A DNA stretch of 64,000 nucleotides from Octopus sinensis (GCF_006345805.1 NC_043003.1:116870001-116934000); one strand, 5' to 3'; shown: positions 23,591-37,354, counted from the first letter of the stretch. A program made the numbers and translations. Notes: generated from the sequence alone by a model not told the origin.

Positions 23591-25169
23591 GTTATGCATG
23601 CCGTGGTTTGGTTTTCTGTCAGTAAATCAGTACCCTAAGGCCCAAAGTATTTATTTCCCGGGGTGGGGGTCTATAATGGTGTTAACATAGCTCTGCTTCC
23701 ACACAGTTTCCGTCTCCCAAATTCACTCACAAGGAATTTACTGGCACGGGGCTATAATAGAAGACACTTGCCTAAGAAATCGCGCAGTAGGACAGAACCG
23801 GAAACAACGTGGTTTAAAACAGAGCCCCTTAATGCGCAGTCGGGATTGCACCTTAATGTGCATGTGTATATGTATGGATATACGTCCTTCGCTTCTCTTT
23901 CTCCTTCTTAAATATATAAACATAGAATAAGGCTTTAAAAATGTAAGTGTTAGGGTTGGTTCGTTCGACTAAATTTCTTCAAGGTGGTGGCCCCAGCATG
24001 GCCGCACTCTAGTGACTGAAACAAGTAAAAGATAACTCTTTGTTACACGTAAGTTCAGAAGCTGGCGTGATAAATATTGCTATGAAAAGAACTATCAGTT
24101 TAGAGTCACATAGAAATGTTTGGGGGTATGTCCGAGAATTCAATACGAATTTCATTCTTAATATTAGCTTAACTCCCTAAACAGCAACCTGTTTCGATAC
24201 GCTAAAGCATTCCTAATAATCCCTTTATACGTTTCCGGTTTTCATAACAAGCCAGACGATACAAATCAGAAATTATGGCTCCGAGTTTTCCATAATGTTG
24301 TTATCATTTTTTTTTATTGCTATCGTTCTTTGTACTAATTTATAGTTTTATTTATCTTATTGAATTTAATATTTTCCATGTGATTTAGGTGTCACGTTAT
24401 AAAAAATGCCATATAACAATCAATATAATCAAAACAAACTAGCATTAATCCTGCATTTTTTTTTGATGTTGTTGTTATTGTTTGGTGTTGCTGTTGTTGC
24501 TGTGTCTGCCAGTTTTAATATTCCGGAGAGAGAGATGCAATCATAGCCGATTGTATAAAGTAACAGAATTATCGCTGATGGACTCGTGTTTTCCTATTTC
24601 AATCACTGCTATAATCTTCTGTCTTCAAGCACGATATTTGATTCTGTCCAACTTGTAATAAGACCCCCAACATAATTAAGCAATTATTGTTTTAACATTA
24701 TAGCTCTTCGATATTTGGACTTAGTTATTGGATGGTATGTTTGATGGTAATCCTGGTTCACGCTGCTATTTTGTTTCCTTTTTTTATTTTTCATTTCTTT
24801 TCAAAAACTTCGATGGTTCTTTCCGCATTAAAAACCAACGAAGTTTATAATTCTTCATTCTTTATTTTTTTAGTTTCGATCTCCCCAGACATACTTTTAT
24901 CTCTTTGTTGTTTATCAGACAGTAGGCATCAGATGTCGCTGGGCTATCAAAATATGACTGATAGAGTTAGACATTGTAAGTCTCCATTTGAGACAGAAAG
25001 TTAACGAGATTCTCACAATATTGATTCCCGGGCGTCCTTCTTACCGTAAGTATTGCAGCCGGATTTTTAGCCCCAAATTAATCCTTATAAATAATAAAAA
25101 CAAGGCTAGTGCAAGCGCTCGTTTGGTCAATAGGCATTTAGGTTTGCGAAGCATGGGCTCAGACCAAAT

Positions 25170-25535
25170 TTGAAGGGAACATAATCAATGCGTTTGAGAT
25201 GTCGATGTATAGGAGACTGTAACGAATGTCTTTCATGGTTCATCGGACGAATGAATGTGTATCACAAAAAGAAGAGAAATAACAATAACTCCTGAGCAAT
25301 GTGAAAAAAAAAAAAAGCTCGTATATAATGGCCATATTCGAAGAAGCAGAGATTTGAAAAACGTTATCAAGGAGTAGAGAACTGTAAATCAAGAGGTAGG
25401 CAAAGAATAGAATGGGTGGAGAATATCAAGAGCTGATTGGACAGGAGTGGCAAGACAGCTGAAGAACTCGCGCTAAATCGTGAGAACTTTATAGTTGTAG
25501 TGTCATCAATGAGCGGCAGGTGTTCGATATAGGAC
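25170..25535 (+). mobile_element. Old degenerate RTE 3' fragment
   Basis: Frameshifted INAFEMSMYRRL.RMS...RTNECV...GHIRRS...RGRQRIEWVENIK. Confidence 0.6.
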
Positions 25536-25577
25536 GACGTCAACGAAATAATATTTGCCGAATAAGATTAAATTTAA

Positions 25578-25971
25578 CTAGCAGTATCGCCCGGCGTTGC
25601 TCGGGTTTGTAAGGGAAATAACTATATAAGCATTTTTAGAGATGTAAAGTATAATAGCCATCTCAATATGGCTAACCACAAGGGGGGGAGGTTACTGTAG
25701 CTTTTTACGTTCTGAGATTTAATAATACATTTTTAGAGAGTTACTTCCCTTATATATGCCAAAAATGCATTAAAAATGGGAAAAATTGATGGTAATTTTT
25801 TTTAAATTGTAGACTCATCGTAGACGCGCGCTAATACCCAGAAGGGCTCGATATGAATCACGACTATAAGATACCCGGTTTTGGTTAAACTGCACCGCAA
25901 AATGTGGGAGTAGTTAGGAATCTAAATCGTAGGAGACAGACAGCACACAACCTCTCTTTTATATATAAAGA
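25578..25971 (-). mobile_element. Non-autonomous Helitron, long variant
   Basis: Same TC/hairpin/CTAG termini as 1591-1888 with an extra ~95-bp internal segment. Confidence 0.85.
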
Positions 25972-27197
25972 TATGGCATCAGCGCAAAAATTCATAGGTA
26001 AAAGCAATCAGTGTAAAAGGGATCTAAGCATACATTCAAGAGTGTGTAATCTATTAATGCACTTACATACTTTCTTGTGTATCCGCACACACACACATAT
26101 TTTAATGTATGTATGTGTGTATATACACGTAATTAAGTATGGTGGAAGTAATGGAAGGGGTGATGAAGGTGAAATCGTAGAGAACCGGGAGTAAACGCTG
26201 TGGATTAGATAGATTGCATGTTTTTATATTAACATTTGATGAATGCATGTAATTGAGTGTGTTGTGTGTGTGTCAGTGTGTGGATGCATGTGTGTGTGAG
26301 AGATAGTTTATGTGTGTTTGTGGGTGTGCATGAGCATGTGTGAATGAATGAATAAATGTGAAAGGGAATGACATTCGGTGTGAAATTCTGTAGTGTGAAT
26401 TAGCACGTGATTGAGCCAATAATGACGTTTCTGGACAGCCATTTGTCATTAGTGGTAACAGCAACTAAATTTCACCTCTTCAAATTCCGTATTCTCATTA
26501 AAATTAAGATTTTGTATTCTATAGTCAATAAATACCAAAAGCACTGCTATTGTAATAACAAACAGTTCTGTTAAGTACTTAATCTGTTCGACTCATTAAC
26601 CAAGGACAATTTTATTTGAGTGCTGCTTTGATTTATGTCTTAAATCCGAATTTACCTTGGAAAGATCGCTAAAACCAATATGGATAATAAGGGTGGGAAC
26701 ACGAAAAGAATCGTAAGAAAACTGGATAAGACAATATGGAGAAAAGTCAACCAAAATCTTAGATTAAATTTATTGAAAATTCTGCAGTACACATTCCTTG
26801 CTGCACTGTGCACTCAATACTAACCAATGTAACGACTATAAAGTGGCCAACGCGCTTTGTTGGTGACAGGAATAGAATGGAATTATATCGGGGCGAATGT
26901 CACCAGAAGATTCAATTATTTTTTGACAATACAATTACGTCAGCAAGCAACATTTGTTGATCTTCAGTATAAGGTCATTGTTGTAATTGTATTCCTTCAC
27001 ATGAGAGCCGTGCACAAAGATCGGTAGACGTGAATATTTCTAAAGCAGACATACTTGTAGCGTGTATTTCATGATTGTGACAACAATCCAAACTTCACTT
27101 GCTATTATTTTTGGGTAGAGAAATGCTGACCATTACATAGACCTTCCAGGTGTAACGTATCTTTCAGAAAACAGGATATTGTATAAGTACAATATAT

Positions 27198-27363
27198 AGG
27201 CGCAGGAGTGGCTGTTTGGTAAGTAGCTTGCTAACCAACCACATGGTTCCGGGTTCAGTCCCACCGCGTGGCATCTTGGGCAAGTGTCTTCTGCTATAGC
27301 CCCGGGCCGACCAATGCCTTGTGAGTGGATTTGGTAGACGGAAACTGAAAGAAGCCTGTCGTA

Positions 27364-27411
<48 letters not shown>

Positions 27412-27642
27412 AATATGTTTGTGTGTCTGTGTTTGTTCCCCTAGCATTGCTTGACAACCGATGCTGGTGTGTTTACGTCCCCGTCACTTAGCGGTTCGGC
27501 AAAAGAGACCGATAGAATAAGTACTGGGCTTACAAAGTATAAGTCCCGGGGTCGGGTTGCTCGACTAAAGGCGGTGCTCCAGCATGGCCGCAGTCAAATG
27601 ACTGAAACAAGTAAAAAGAGTAAAAAAAAGAGTAAAAAGAGT
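27198..27642 (+). mobile_element. SINE family B, full length (tRNA head, CORE-like segment, internal microsatellite, CR1-like tail)
   Basis: A-box TGGCTGTTTGGTAAG, B-box GGGTTCAGTCCC, TTGGGCAAGTGTCTT, tail GGCGGTGCTCCAGCATGGCCGCAG...(GTAAAAGA)n. Confidence 0.9.
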
Positions 27643-27720
27643 ATATATATAATGTACATATTTTATATACGATATACAATATTGTATGTACAAAATGCAG
27701 TAAGCATATTGTATCTTGAG

Positions 27721-28061
27721 AAGGCGCATGGCTCAGTGGTTAGAGCGTCGAGCTTACGATCGTGAGGTTGTGAGCTCGAATCCCGGACCGGGCTGCGTGT
27801 TGTGTTCTTGAGCAAGGCACTTTATTTCACGTTGCTCCAGTTCACTCAGCTGTAGAAATGAGTTGCGACGTCACAGGTGCCAAGCTGTATCGACCTTTGT
27901 CTTTCCCTTGGATAACACTGGTGGCGTGGAGAGGGGAGGCTGGTATGCATGGGCGACTGCTGGTCTTCCATAAACAACCTTGCCCGGACTTGTGTCTAGG
28001 AGGGTAACTTTCTAGGTGCAATCCCATGGTCATTCATGACCGAAGGGGGTCTTTACCCTTT
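27721..28061 (+). mobile_element. tRNA-derived SINE with CORE/Nin-like segment (distinct family)
   Basis: A-box TGGCTCAGTGGTTAGAGC, B-box-like GCTCGAATCCC, then TTGAGCAAGGCACTT...CTCCAGTTCACTCAGCTGTA. Confidence 0.75.
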
Positions 28062-28664
28062 ATATTGTAGCTATGCTCAGAGATAGTACAGAAGATAAGC
28101 AATTAAAATGAAATCTTAATAAGATCCCTTTTTTTAAATTTCTGCTTTATTTTAAACACATTTGACTAGTAATGTTAGGAATCATATTAAGTTAATGTTC
28201 ACATTGACTTAGGAAGGTTTGGAGTAAATGTCTCTTTTCATTTTCGTAAATATCACACCATGTTGGTATCTAACAAGTAGGTAAAATGTACAAAAGGGAA
28301 GTCCCTGAACAAGACGGAAAGTCGAAACATTAAATCCAACACCACACTGAATATGAAGAAATATAAGAAATCATTGAAGTTATGCAGAAATCTATAAAAT
28401 GTTTAGTGAAATTGAAGAAATGAAAGCGAAGAAGAAACAAAAAGCAAGAAATTAAATATTATTCGCAGCTGATACGAAACTGATGGAAAATATTCCAAAC
28501 CTGACTAAAGCCACAAAATTAGAGAAACATCTGAAATTAGTTGACTTTGAGCATTATTTATCTTTGATCGACCATATTTTTCCCTGTTTTTCTATTTTAT
28601 CTCATTTCTCTGCCTTTCTTTTCAGTTCCAGTACCGACTTTCCTAACTTCTAACAACCATTAGG

Positions 28665-29422
28665 AAGCTCGACGATACGGCTCCAGCGACGGGGCGCAGT
28701 GGTGTCGGCGCGGAGCGGGACGAGACGGGACGGGATGGGAACGAGCACGAGCAAGAGCATGAAAGTGCGGAGGAAGACGAGGAACCATTGGTCAAGTGCA
28801 AGCGTTGGCATGGCAGCGCGGCAGAGAGCGCACTCGGCCGACTGGCGGTATCGACCACGCCGTCGCGGCACGGTCAGCGACAGCCGCCAGGTTGGCAGCA
28901 TCGGCCGCAGACGCGGGCGGGCATGCAGGACGATTCTGCGCCGGTCGCCGGGGCCTTCTTTTTCAGTTCCAATACCCACTTTCCTAACCACCAACCACCA
29001 TAGCAACATATGGATGCAAGACCTGGACACTAAAGAAAGCTGACCAGAAGAGAATTAATGCATTCGAGCTTTGGTGTTGGAGAAGACTTTTGCGGATTCC
29101 CTGAACAGCGAGGCTCACCAATGGAGAGGTTCTTAAGCAGATAATGCCGAAAATGTCGCTAGAAGCTGAGATCACCAAGCGTAGATTGGCATATTTTGGT
29201 CATATTATGCGGAGAAAATCCCTAGAGAAGGACATCATGCTCGGAATGGTCAGTGGCAAGAGACGAAGAGGCCGACCAAGAATCCGCTGGCTTGACACCA
29301 TCAGGAGTGATACTGGAATGGACATGGCCAATCTGAAGGAAGCGGCCCAGGATAGAACTGACTGGAGGACACTGATCCAACGAGTGACCGAGAGTCGACG
29401 TCGACTGAGCGGATAGAGAGAG
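28665..29422 (+). mobile_element. Chimeric RTE insertion with 13-bp TSD
   Basis: TSD AACAACCATTAGG at 28652-28664 and 29423-29435. 28990-29416 translates to YGCKTWTLKKADQKRINAFELWCWRRLLRI...YFGHIMRRKSLEKDIMLG...RRRGRPRIRWLD (RTE). The 5' part is non-RTE GC-rich DNA. Confidence 0.85.
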
Positions 29423-30441
29423 AACAACCATTAGGTTCTACTCCCAATTTTATGTCTAGCAGTTTTCTTCTACAATATTCTATCCAAATATATTTTCCAA
29501 CATTTTGCAATATAGCATATGAAGCAGAGACGGTGGAAAGACTTGTATCTCCTAGCTAAGGAATACCTTATCGAACCCTGGCGCCTTTATAAGTATACTC
29601 TGCAAGTTCTATGTTTATTTACAACTATATTTAATTAGATAGATGCATACAGAACTAAATGATTGCTTAGCAGAAAGCCATTGTTAGGCTGGTATTTAAT
29701 AATTCACATATGTTTGCGTGCGTTTATGGGTGTATCTATGTATGGGTGTGTACGTGTGTCTGTAAGTGTATGTAAAAACAAGCGTCAATTCGCAAGAAGT
29801 AAGCTACAAAAATAAAATTCAATACTCTCAAAACACAAAAGCAGAATTAAAATATTTGTTTATGTAGATGGCTATGGATAGAAAATTGTTTCGATCGTGA
29901 CGGAAGCTATTGAAGCATTGAATGAACAAGTTATTCTATAAACAGATAAATGTGAGTGTAAATGTTTTTAGACTAAAGTGAAAAAAATTGTATGTAGAGA
30001 AGTGGACAGAACAAAATATTGATAATAATCATTGATAGTGTGATAGGCCGCTATTTTTTAAGTGAAAATAAACAGATGAATAATTATTTAAGTTATATTT
30101 TTATGCATATGTATTGGAATATTTCAGTTGAATGACATTGTTTCAGCATAATATTATATGTAACCCCCTACGACTCGGAATGTAAACAGATCAGAATATA
30201 ATTCGGCATTCTCATCCAACTGATTCACAAAACTACAACTACGACCCTCTGTTTCGTGATGTCTGGCGCCTTTTCAGAGTATAACCACTCCTCCGCTCTG
30301 TGTCTGGGAAAGGAATATCATAGTAATTGTTATTTAAAACAGTTAAAAACAAGTACCTGACTCTTAAGTCAAGTAAAATATACATATCATGCTCTAATCA
30401 GCAGGGTGTTTAAGAATTTGTTACATACACGCACACACACA

Positions 30442-30544
<103 letters not shown>

Positions 30545-30889
30545 TCGTAAATTGTGCAGGTAGCCGACTCAAATATATAGAGCAAACAAGCATGTCTCTC
30601 AGACAGAGAAAAATACTGCATAAGGAATCAATCCCTTCCCAAGATATAAACAATTACCAGTAATCGAACACATAGAGAGATGTGAAGGTAATCTCCAACA
30701 AAATTTCAAAGTTGTTCTCCCTATACAAACGCGATGGCGCATCTTCTGTACAACAACAGATAAATAAACCAACAAGATCTATTGAAAATTACCGGCCTCA
30801 ATATGAACATATAATGCATTTTGGACGATGTAAATATTGTATTTCATATGCACACACAGATATACACACACTTATATATATATACATAT

Positions 30890-30924
<35 letters not shown>

Positions 30925-30938
30925 CATATTTATATATA

Positions 30939-30981
<43 letters not shown>

Positions 30982-30982
30982 G

Positions 30983-31096
<114 letters not shown>

Positions 31097-31171
31097 AATA
31101 CGGTAGATGGTGTGTAACTATAGAAGCTTCAGCATCGTACCTCACTGCGCCCTGGTGGGAAATTTATCTAT

Positions 31172-31206
<35 letters not shown>

Positions 31207-31624
31207 CACATAATCGTGTGTTGAAGCAAATATTATACAGGTATTATTTCACTTATCCTAAGTGTTTCAACTTGTTTTCCTAATTCTATTTTTTGAAGTG
31301 GAATGAGCAGAACAAGAGGAGGCACGTGAGGTAGGGAGTCGTTGAACAGGTCCCAAGATGTGTGACGAAACAGCTTTGTCAATGAACCTGATATAATAAT
31401 TATAAGAAAGCTGAAGTGAAGACGAAATACACAGTGCGTGTATATATTTGGCGAATTATGAGCATCACCAGGTATAACGATATTTATTTCAAGACTCGAT
31501 TTCGCAGCAAGTATATAAGTATGTGTGTGTGTGCATGTGTGAATGTGTGTGTGTATGCGTGTGTGTGTGCATGTGTGCTAGTGTACATATCTCTATTGGC
31601 ATCCATGTATCTTTTACCTCGCAT

Positions 31625-32072
31625 TTTTTATCTTTTATCTGTTTCATCGTTAGACTGCGGCCATGCTAGGGCACCTATTGGAGCAGTTTAGTCGAATGAA
31701 TCAAACCCTGTAATTCTCAAAGCCTGGTTCTTACTCTATCGATTTCTTTTGCCGAGCAGCCAAGTTTCGGGGAGGTAAACACACATACACAGGTCGCCTG
31801 GCTGTGAGTAGGGAACATAAACAAACACACAAATACACGTATACACACACACATGTACACACATACACACACGCATGTACACACATACACACACACACAC
31901 TGACAGATATACATATATGATGAGCTTCTTTCACTTTCCGTCAGCCAGATCAACTCAGAATGCTTTGGTCGACCTGAGGCTAAACTAGAAGACACTTATT
32001 CGACGTTCCATGCAGTGACCCTGAACCCCGGACCATGTGGTTAAGAAGCAAGCTTTTTACCACACAGCCACT
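31625..32072 (-). mobile_element. Diverged SINE family B
   Basis: Diverged reverse complement of 27198-27642. Confidence 0.75.
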
Positions 32073-32171
32073 AAATATAATAAGACAGAAGCTGAGGAAT
32101 TTCAAAATATTTTATTTGGGGATATTAAATGTATTCACATTTATAGTACGAAAAGGATTAAATTAATTTGA

Positions 32172-32617
32172 GGTGAGCTGGCAGAAACGTTAGCACGCTG
32201 GGCGAAATGCTTTCCAGTATTTCGTCTGCAGTTACGTTCTGAGTTCAAATTCCGCCGAGGTCGACTTTGCCTTTCATCCTTTCGGGGTCGATTGAACAAG
32301 TACCAGTTACGCACTCGGGTCGATATAATCGACTTAATCCCTTTGTCTGTCCTTGTTTGTCCCCTCTATGTTTAGCCCATTTGGGGCAATAAAGAAATAA
32401 GAAACGTTAGCACGCCGGGCGAAATGCTTAGCTGTATTTCGTCTGCCGTTACGTCCTGGTTTTAAATTCCGCCGAGGTCGACTTCGCCTTTCATCCTTTC
32501 GGAATCGATTAAATAAATATCAGTTACACACTGGGATCGATAAAATCGACTTAATCCGTTTGTCTGCCTTGTTTGTCCTCCCTGTGTTTAGCCCCTTGTG
32601 GGTAGTAAAGAAATAGG
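32172..32617 (+). mobile_element. Dimeric SINE family A
   Basis: Two units joined at AAAGAAATAA|GAAACGTTAGCAC (~32400). Confidence 0.85.
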
Positions 32618-33069
32618 ATAAAGTAGCTAAATATTTATAATTGAAAATATAAATAAAGAGAAGTGTGTTTTTAGCACATGAAATTCTGTTTATGAAACAC
32701 TATTTGATAATACCTGTACGTGAATTATTCCATTGATATAAAATAAATTACAAATATAAATGCAAGGTGATAAAGACAATTTTATTTAAACTAAAATGTA
32801 GCAATAACTCACCCCGTCGTTGCGCCCCTGTGAAGGTGTGAATGCAAATATCTAGAAACGTCCTTGATGGATTTAGGAAATTACTCTTCAGTACAGCCTG
32901 CAGGAAAACCATGAGGAAATATGGAATAAAAATGTTTTATAGAAAATATTAAATGGGAACACTCTTCAATGAACACATACGGATACGAAGTTGTAAAGTC
33001 GTATGCGCGCAAATATGCTTCCGCATATGTATATGTATGGGTGTAGATGTATTTGTGTGTAAAAGGTGA

Positions 33070-33421
33070 TTGATAGATACATACATGGATGAATGGATGG
33101 ATAGGTGGCTAGATAAATAGATAGATAGATACATACGTTACATATATACATATATACATACATACATGCATTTATACATACATACATGCATGGGTGAATG
33201 GATGGATGGATATATATATAGATAGATAGATACAAATATACATACATATATATATATATATATATATTATATATACATACATACATGAATACATTTATAC
33301 ATACATACATATATGGATGAATGGATGGATGGATAGAGAGAGAGAGAGAGAGAGATAGACAGACAGACAGACAGACAGATAGATAGATAGATAGATAGAC
33401 AAATAGATAGACAGATATTTT

Positions 33422-33457
<36 letters not shown>

Positions 33458-33552
33458 CATACATACATACATACATACATACATACATACATACATAATT
33501 ACATGCATACATACATGGATGGATAGATGGATGGATAGATAAGTAGATAAAC

Positions 33553-33639
<87 letters not shown>

Positions 33640-33698
33640 TAGACGGACGGACGGACGGACGGACGGACGGATCAAAGGATGGATGGATGGATGGATGG
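33070..33698. repeat. Compound tetranucleotide array (GATA/GACA/GACG/GATG/CATA)
   Basis: Direct inspection. Confidence 0.9.
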
Positions 33699-34089
33699 GC
33701 CTTAGCAAGCAGAATTTGAAATAGAGAAATACATTTAAGACATATACCGACATAACTACATAAAAAAGAAACATTTCATTTCCTTCGAAAGTTATCTTTA
33801 GTAAGAAAGACAAATAACGAATGAGTATTTACTGCGTATCTTTATATACATGGGTCTGTTTGAATGGCATATTTATTGAAGCCTTAAAAGATTGGATGAA
33901 AGGGAAATAAAGGTAAGATTATACAAACAGATCGAGAACGGCGAGAGAAAATAACAAACAAGGTTAAACGAATATATTTCTTGAGGTAAACATGAATAAG
34001 AACAGAATGTACAAAATCAAAACTGTGTAACATATGAGAAATATCGTAAATTTGAAAAAACTAAATTAATGGAAAGCTGAAAAAGTTGA

Positions 34090-34223
34090 AAGATGTGTGT
34101 GTATGTATATATATATATAACGGGAAGCTTTATGAAAATAGACAAAAGACGAAGGCAGGTTTATATACACATATATATATACATATATACATACACACAC
34201 ACACACATATATATATATATACG

Positions 34224-34263
<40 letters not shown>

Positions 34264-34404
34264 CAAATATACATACATAATATATGTGTGTGTGTGTATA
34301 TATATATATATTGTATATATATTATACATATATATATACATATATGCATATATATGTATATATACATATATACATATATACATATATATATTTGTGTGTG
34401 TATA

Positions 34405-34445
<41 letters not shown>

Positions 34446-34586
34446 TATATACATATTATATACATATATAAATATAATGTATATATATAATATATATATT
34501 ATATATATATAATATATATATATAATATATATATAATATATATATATACATATATATTTGTGTGTGTATATATATATGTATTATAT

Positions 34587-34617
<31 letters not shown>

Positions 34618-34647
34618 GTATATATAATATATATATACATATATATA

Positions 34648-34693
<46 letters not shown>

Positions 34694-34718
34694 TATCTAT
34701 ATATATATATATATATAC
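34090..34718. repeat. Long (TA)n-rich tract
   Basis: Direct inspection. Confidence 0.9.
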
Positions 34719-34868
34719 TGATTCCATGACATTCAAATTAACAAAAACGAAGAGTCAGAGAAAAGGAAACAACAAATTGATGATAAAAATGAACGGAAAA
34801 TTGAATGAAAAAAAAAGGAAATTCTAATGAAAGAATGACGTGAATGAAGTGAAGTTAACAAGAGATAC

Positions 34869-34937
<69 letters not shown>

Positions 34938-35534
34938 TGGGAAGGTGAGTGAGTGAGAGAGAGAAGTGAGGGGTAAACTAATTCAAAAATTTTAGGATAA
35001 AGAATAAAAATACCATAAAAAGTGATCGAAATTGAGAGTAGCATTCATGTGGCGAGTAAAGTAAGTATGAAATATTTTTGTGAAAAGAAAATTTGGGGTT
35101 TAGAGAGAGAAAAGATAAAATAAAGCTAAGAAGAAATGGAAAAAGAAATAAGGGAGAGAAAAATAGATAAGTGGAAGAAAAGAAATTGAAAAAATGTAAG
35201 GTAGAAAAAGGATGTTTAATAGAGGAAATAGATGAAAAGAGGTGTAATAGAAATAGAGGTTGAAGGGGATAAGATGTGAAAGGAAAGAAAAGAAAACTGA
35301 TGACAGGGGGAAAGAGCGGAGAAAGCTCAGAAAGAAAAGAAAAGAAAGAAAGAAAAAAGAAAGAAAGAAAGAAAGAAAGAAGGAAGGAAAATTGCATATT
35401 GTTTTGTCATAAAATATAACATGACAACAATCCAAAAGTCAATGAATAAATGAAAGAAAAGAGAGGACACCAGAGAAAGAAGCAGAGAAATGAAGAAAGT
35501 GTGAGAAGAAAGGTTTTAATGATGTAAGTCATGC

Positions 35535-35571
<37 letters not shown>

Positions 35572-35628
35572 TACATTTATAAAATGCTATATATATATGG
35601 TGATAGATATATACCTACATATATATAT

Positions 35629-35743
35629 GCCTGCTCGCTTAGCCAGCGGGGTGGCGTCATTTGAAGGCTAAAACAATGCGAAGCGCATTGTGACCAGCGA
35701 TGTGTAACAACATCTGATAGCCTGGTCGGTCACGGTGATCACG

Positions 35744-35748
<5 letters not shown>
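35629..35748 (+). mobile_element. 5'-truncated SINE family C, tail type iii, inside a (TA)n tract
   Basis: Matches the reverse complement of 37196-37310; the 3' end ...CTGGTCGGTCACGGTGATCACGGTGAT resembles the RTE 3' end at 3316-3380. Confidence 0.75.
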
Positions 35749-35791
<43 letters not shown>

Positions 35792-36443
35792 AAAAAACGG
35801 TACAAGAACGTAACGGATGACAGTGAAAACACACGGACAGATGGACGATACAAGGACAGACAGGTAAACCAGGAAAGAATATTTGTGGCTTTATATTCAT
35901 CAGTTAAGATTCCATTTATCACAGCAGTTTCGGTCTGTTACACTTGAAACTGTTCAAAATTGGTTGGCCCCAGAAACCTAAGTTAAGGAATTAAATTTTG
36001 GGAAGAAAGCGAGAGAATATGTACGACAACACGGACAAAAAAAAAACAAGAAAGAAGAGAAAATAGAGAAAATGTTACACGATTACAAATACAAACAAGA
36101 AGAATAACAACAGGTGTCTTTCGACTAAAAGGATAAGATAGGCTGGCGTGTGAAGTGGAAGCCTTACGGCAACAAAGAGGGATAGCGAGGAAAACATGGT
36201 GTTGTGCAAGCAGCGGTAAAGCCAAGAAAGAAAGAGGAATTACGATAGGTCGGGAGCAGAGGGATTAAAGAATTAGGGAATGGACAAGAGACAGAAAGAG
36301 AGAAAGAGGGGAGGTATAAGGGAGATAACAGAGGGAAGTAGAGAGATTAAAGAAAGACAATGTCAAGAAAGACTATGTCAAAACATATGCATATATACCT
36401 ACATCTATATGTACATACCTACATCTATAAGTATATATACATC

Positions 36444-36623
36444 CATATATGGGTACAGGAAATCAAAAAAAGAAAAAAAAAACGTAGAATACAATGAGAA
36501 AAGAAAACAAAAACAAAAACATGGAAACGGACTTTTTTCAAACAACGAAAAAACAAGACATACAGCACAAGAAATATTCCCCTTCTTCAGTTTCCCCTGT
36601 TTCGACTACTCCGTGTTTCGAAG
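36444..36623 (-). repeat. Second copy of the dispersed repeat at 5648-5834
   Basis: Reverse-complement similarity by eye. Confidence 0.55.
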
Positions 36624-36652
36624 ATATATATGTATAATATATATAATATATA

Positions 36653-36691
<39 letters not shown>

Positions 36692-36882
36692 AATTGAGAT
36701 AGGGGTTGTAATTGATATTTGATTTAGATGTATTTCTCCATTTTCCTATTTTGAATTATATATATATATATATATTTTTATACATATATGTATATATATA
36801 TATAAATAGATATGTACATATATATACATACACACACACATATATATACATACACACACACACATATATATATATACATATA

Positions 36883-37121
36883 CAGGGTGGCCCAAAAGTA
36901 GCTTTACAGGTATCACGTAGGCACTTTAAATTTCTTTTAAAACATTTTATTACATTTAAATTTCTATCTTACAAATTGAAAAGGGAGCTTGGCACAATTA
37001 ACTAAATTAGCATAGAACAAGGGTTTCATATTTTTTTTTATAATTAAGATCTAAACTGTTAATATATGAATACAAAAGAGATAATTGAATAAATGTAACC
37101 CTACTTTTGGGGCCACCCCTC
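36883..37121. mobile_element. Tc1/mariner-type MITE
   Basis: TIR CAGGGTGGCCCAAAAGTAG / CTACTTTTGGGGCCACCCCTC, flanked by TA, inside a (TA)n tract. Confidence 0.8.
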
Positions 37122-37144
37122 TATATATATATATGTGTGTGTGT

Positions 37145-37195
<51 letters not shown>

Positions 37196-37200
<5 letters not shown>

Positions 37201-37354
37201 CGTGACCGACAAGGCTATCAGATGTTGCTACACATCGCTGGTCACAATGCGTTTCGCATTGTTTTAGCCTTTAAATGACGCCACCCCGCTGGCTAAGCGA
37301 GCAGGCCAACAGAAGAAAGAGTGAGAGAAAGTTGGGGCAAAAGAGTACAGCAGG
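37196..37354 (-). mobile_element. SINE family C fragment, tail type iii
   Basis: Contains the family-C body GAGTGAGAGAAAGTTG.GGCAAAAGAGTACAGCAGG shared with 400-723 and 42206-42584, plus tail iii. Confidence 0.8.

Noticed and set aside
24440-25100. Possible APE endonuclease relic on the minus strand
   Set aside because: Only a weak ENLVNFL-like resemblance; too degraded to support.
26395-26440. Cluster of CACGTG, CCAAT and TGACGT motifs
   Set aside because: Short motifs expected by chance; no gene or conservation evidence available.
28470-28560. LFAADTKL, resembling a CR1 RT YADD region
   Set aside because: A single short motif with no flanking RT motifs.
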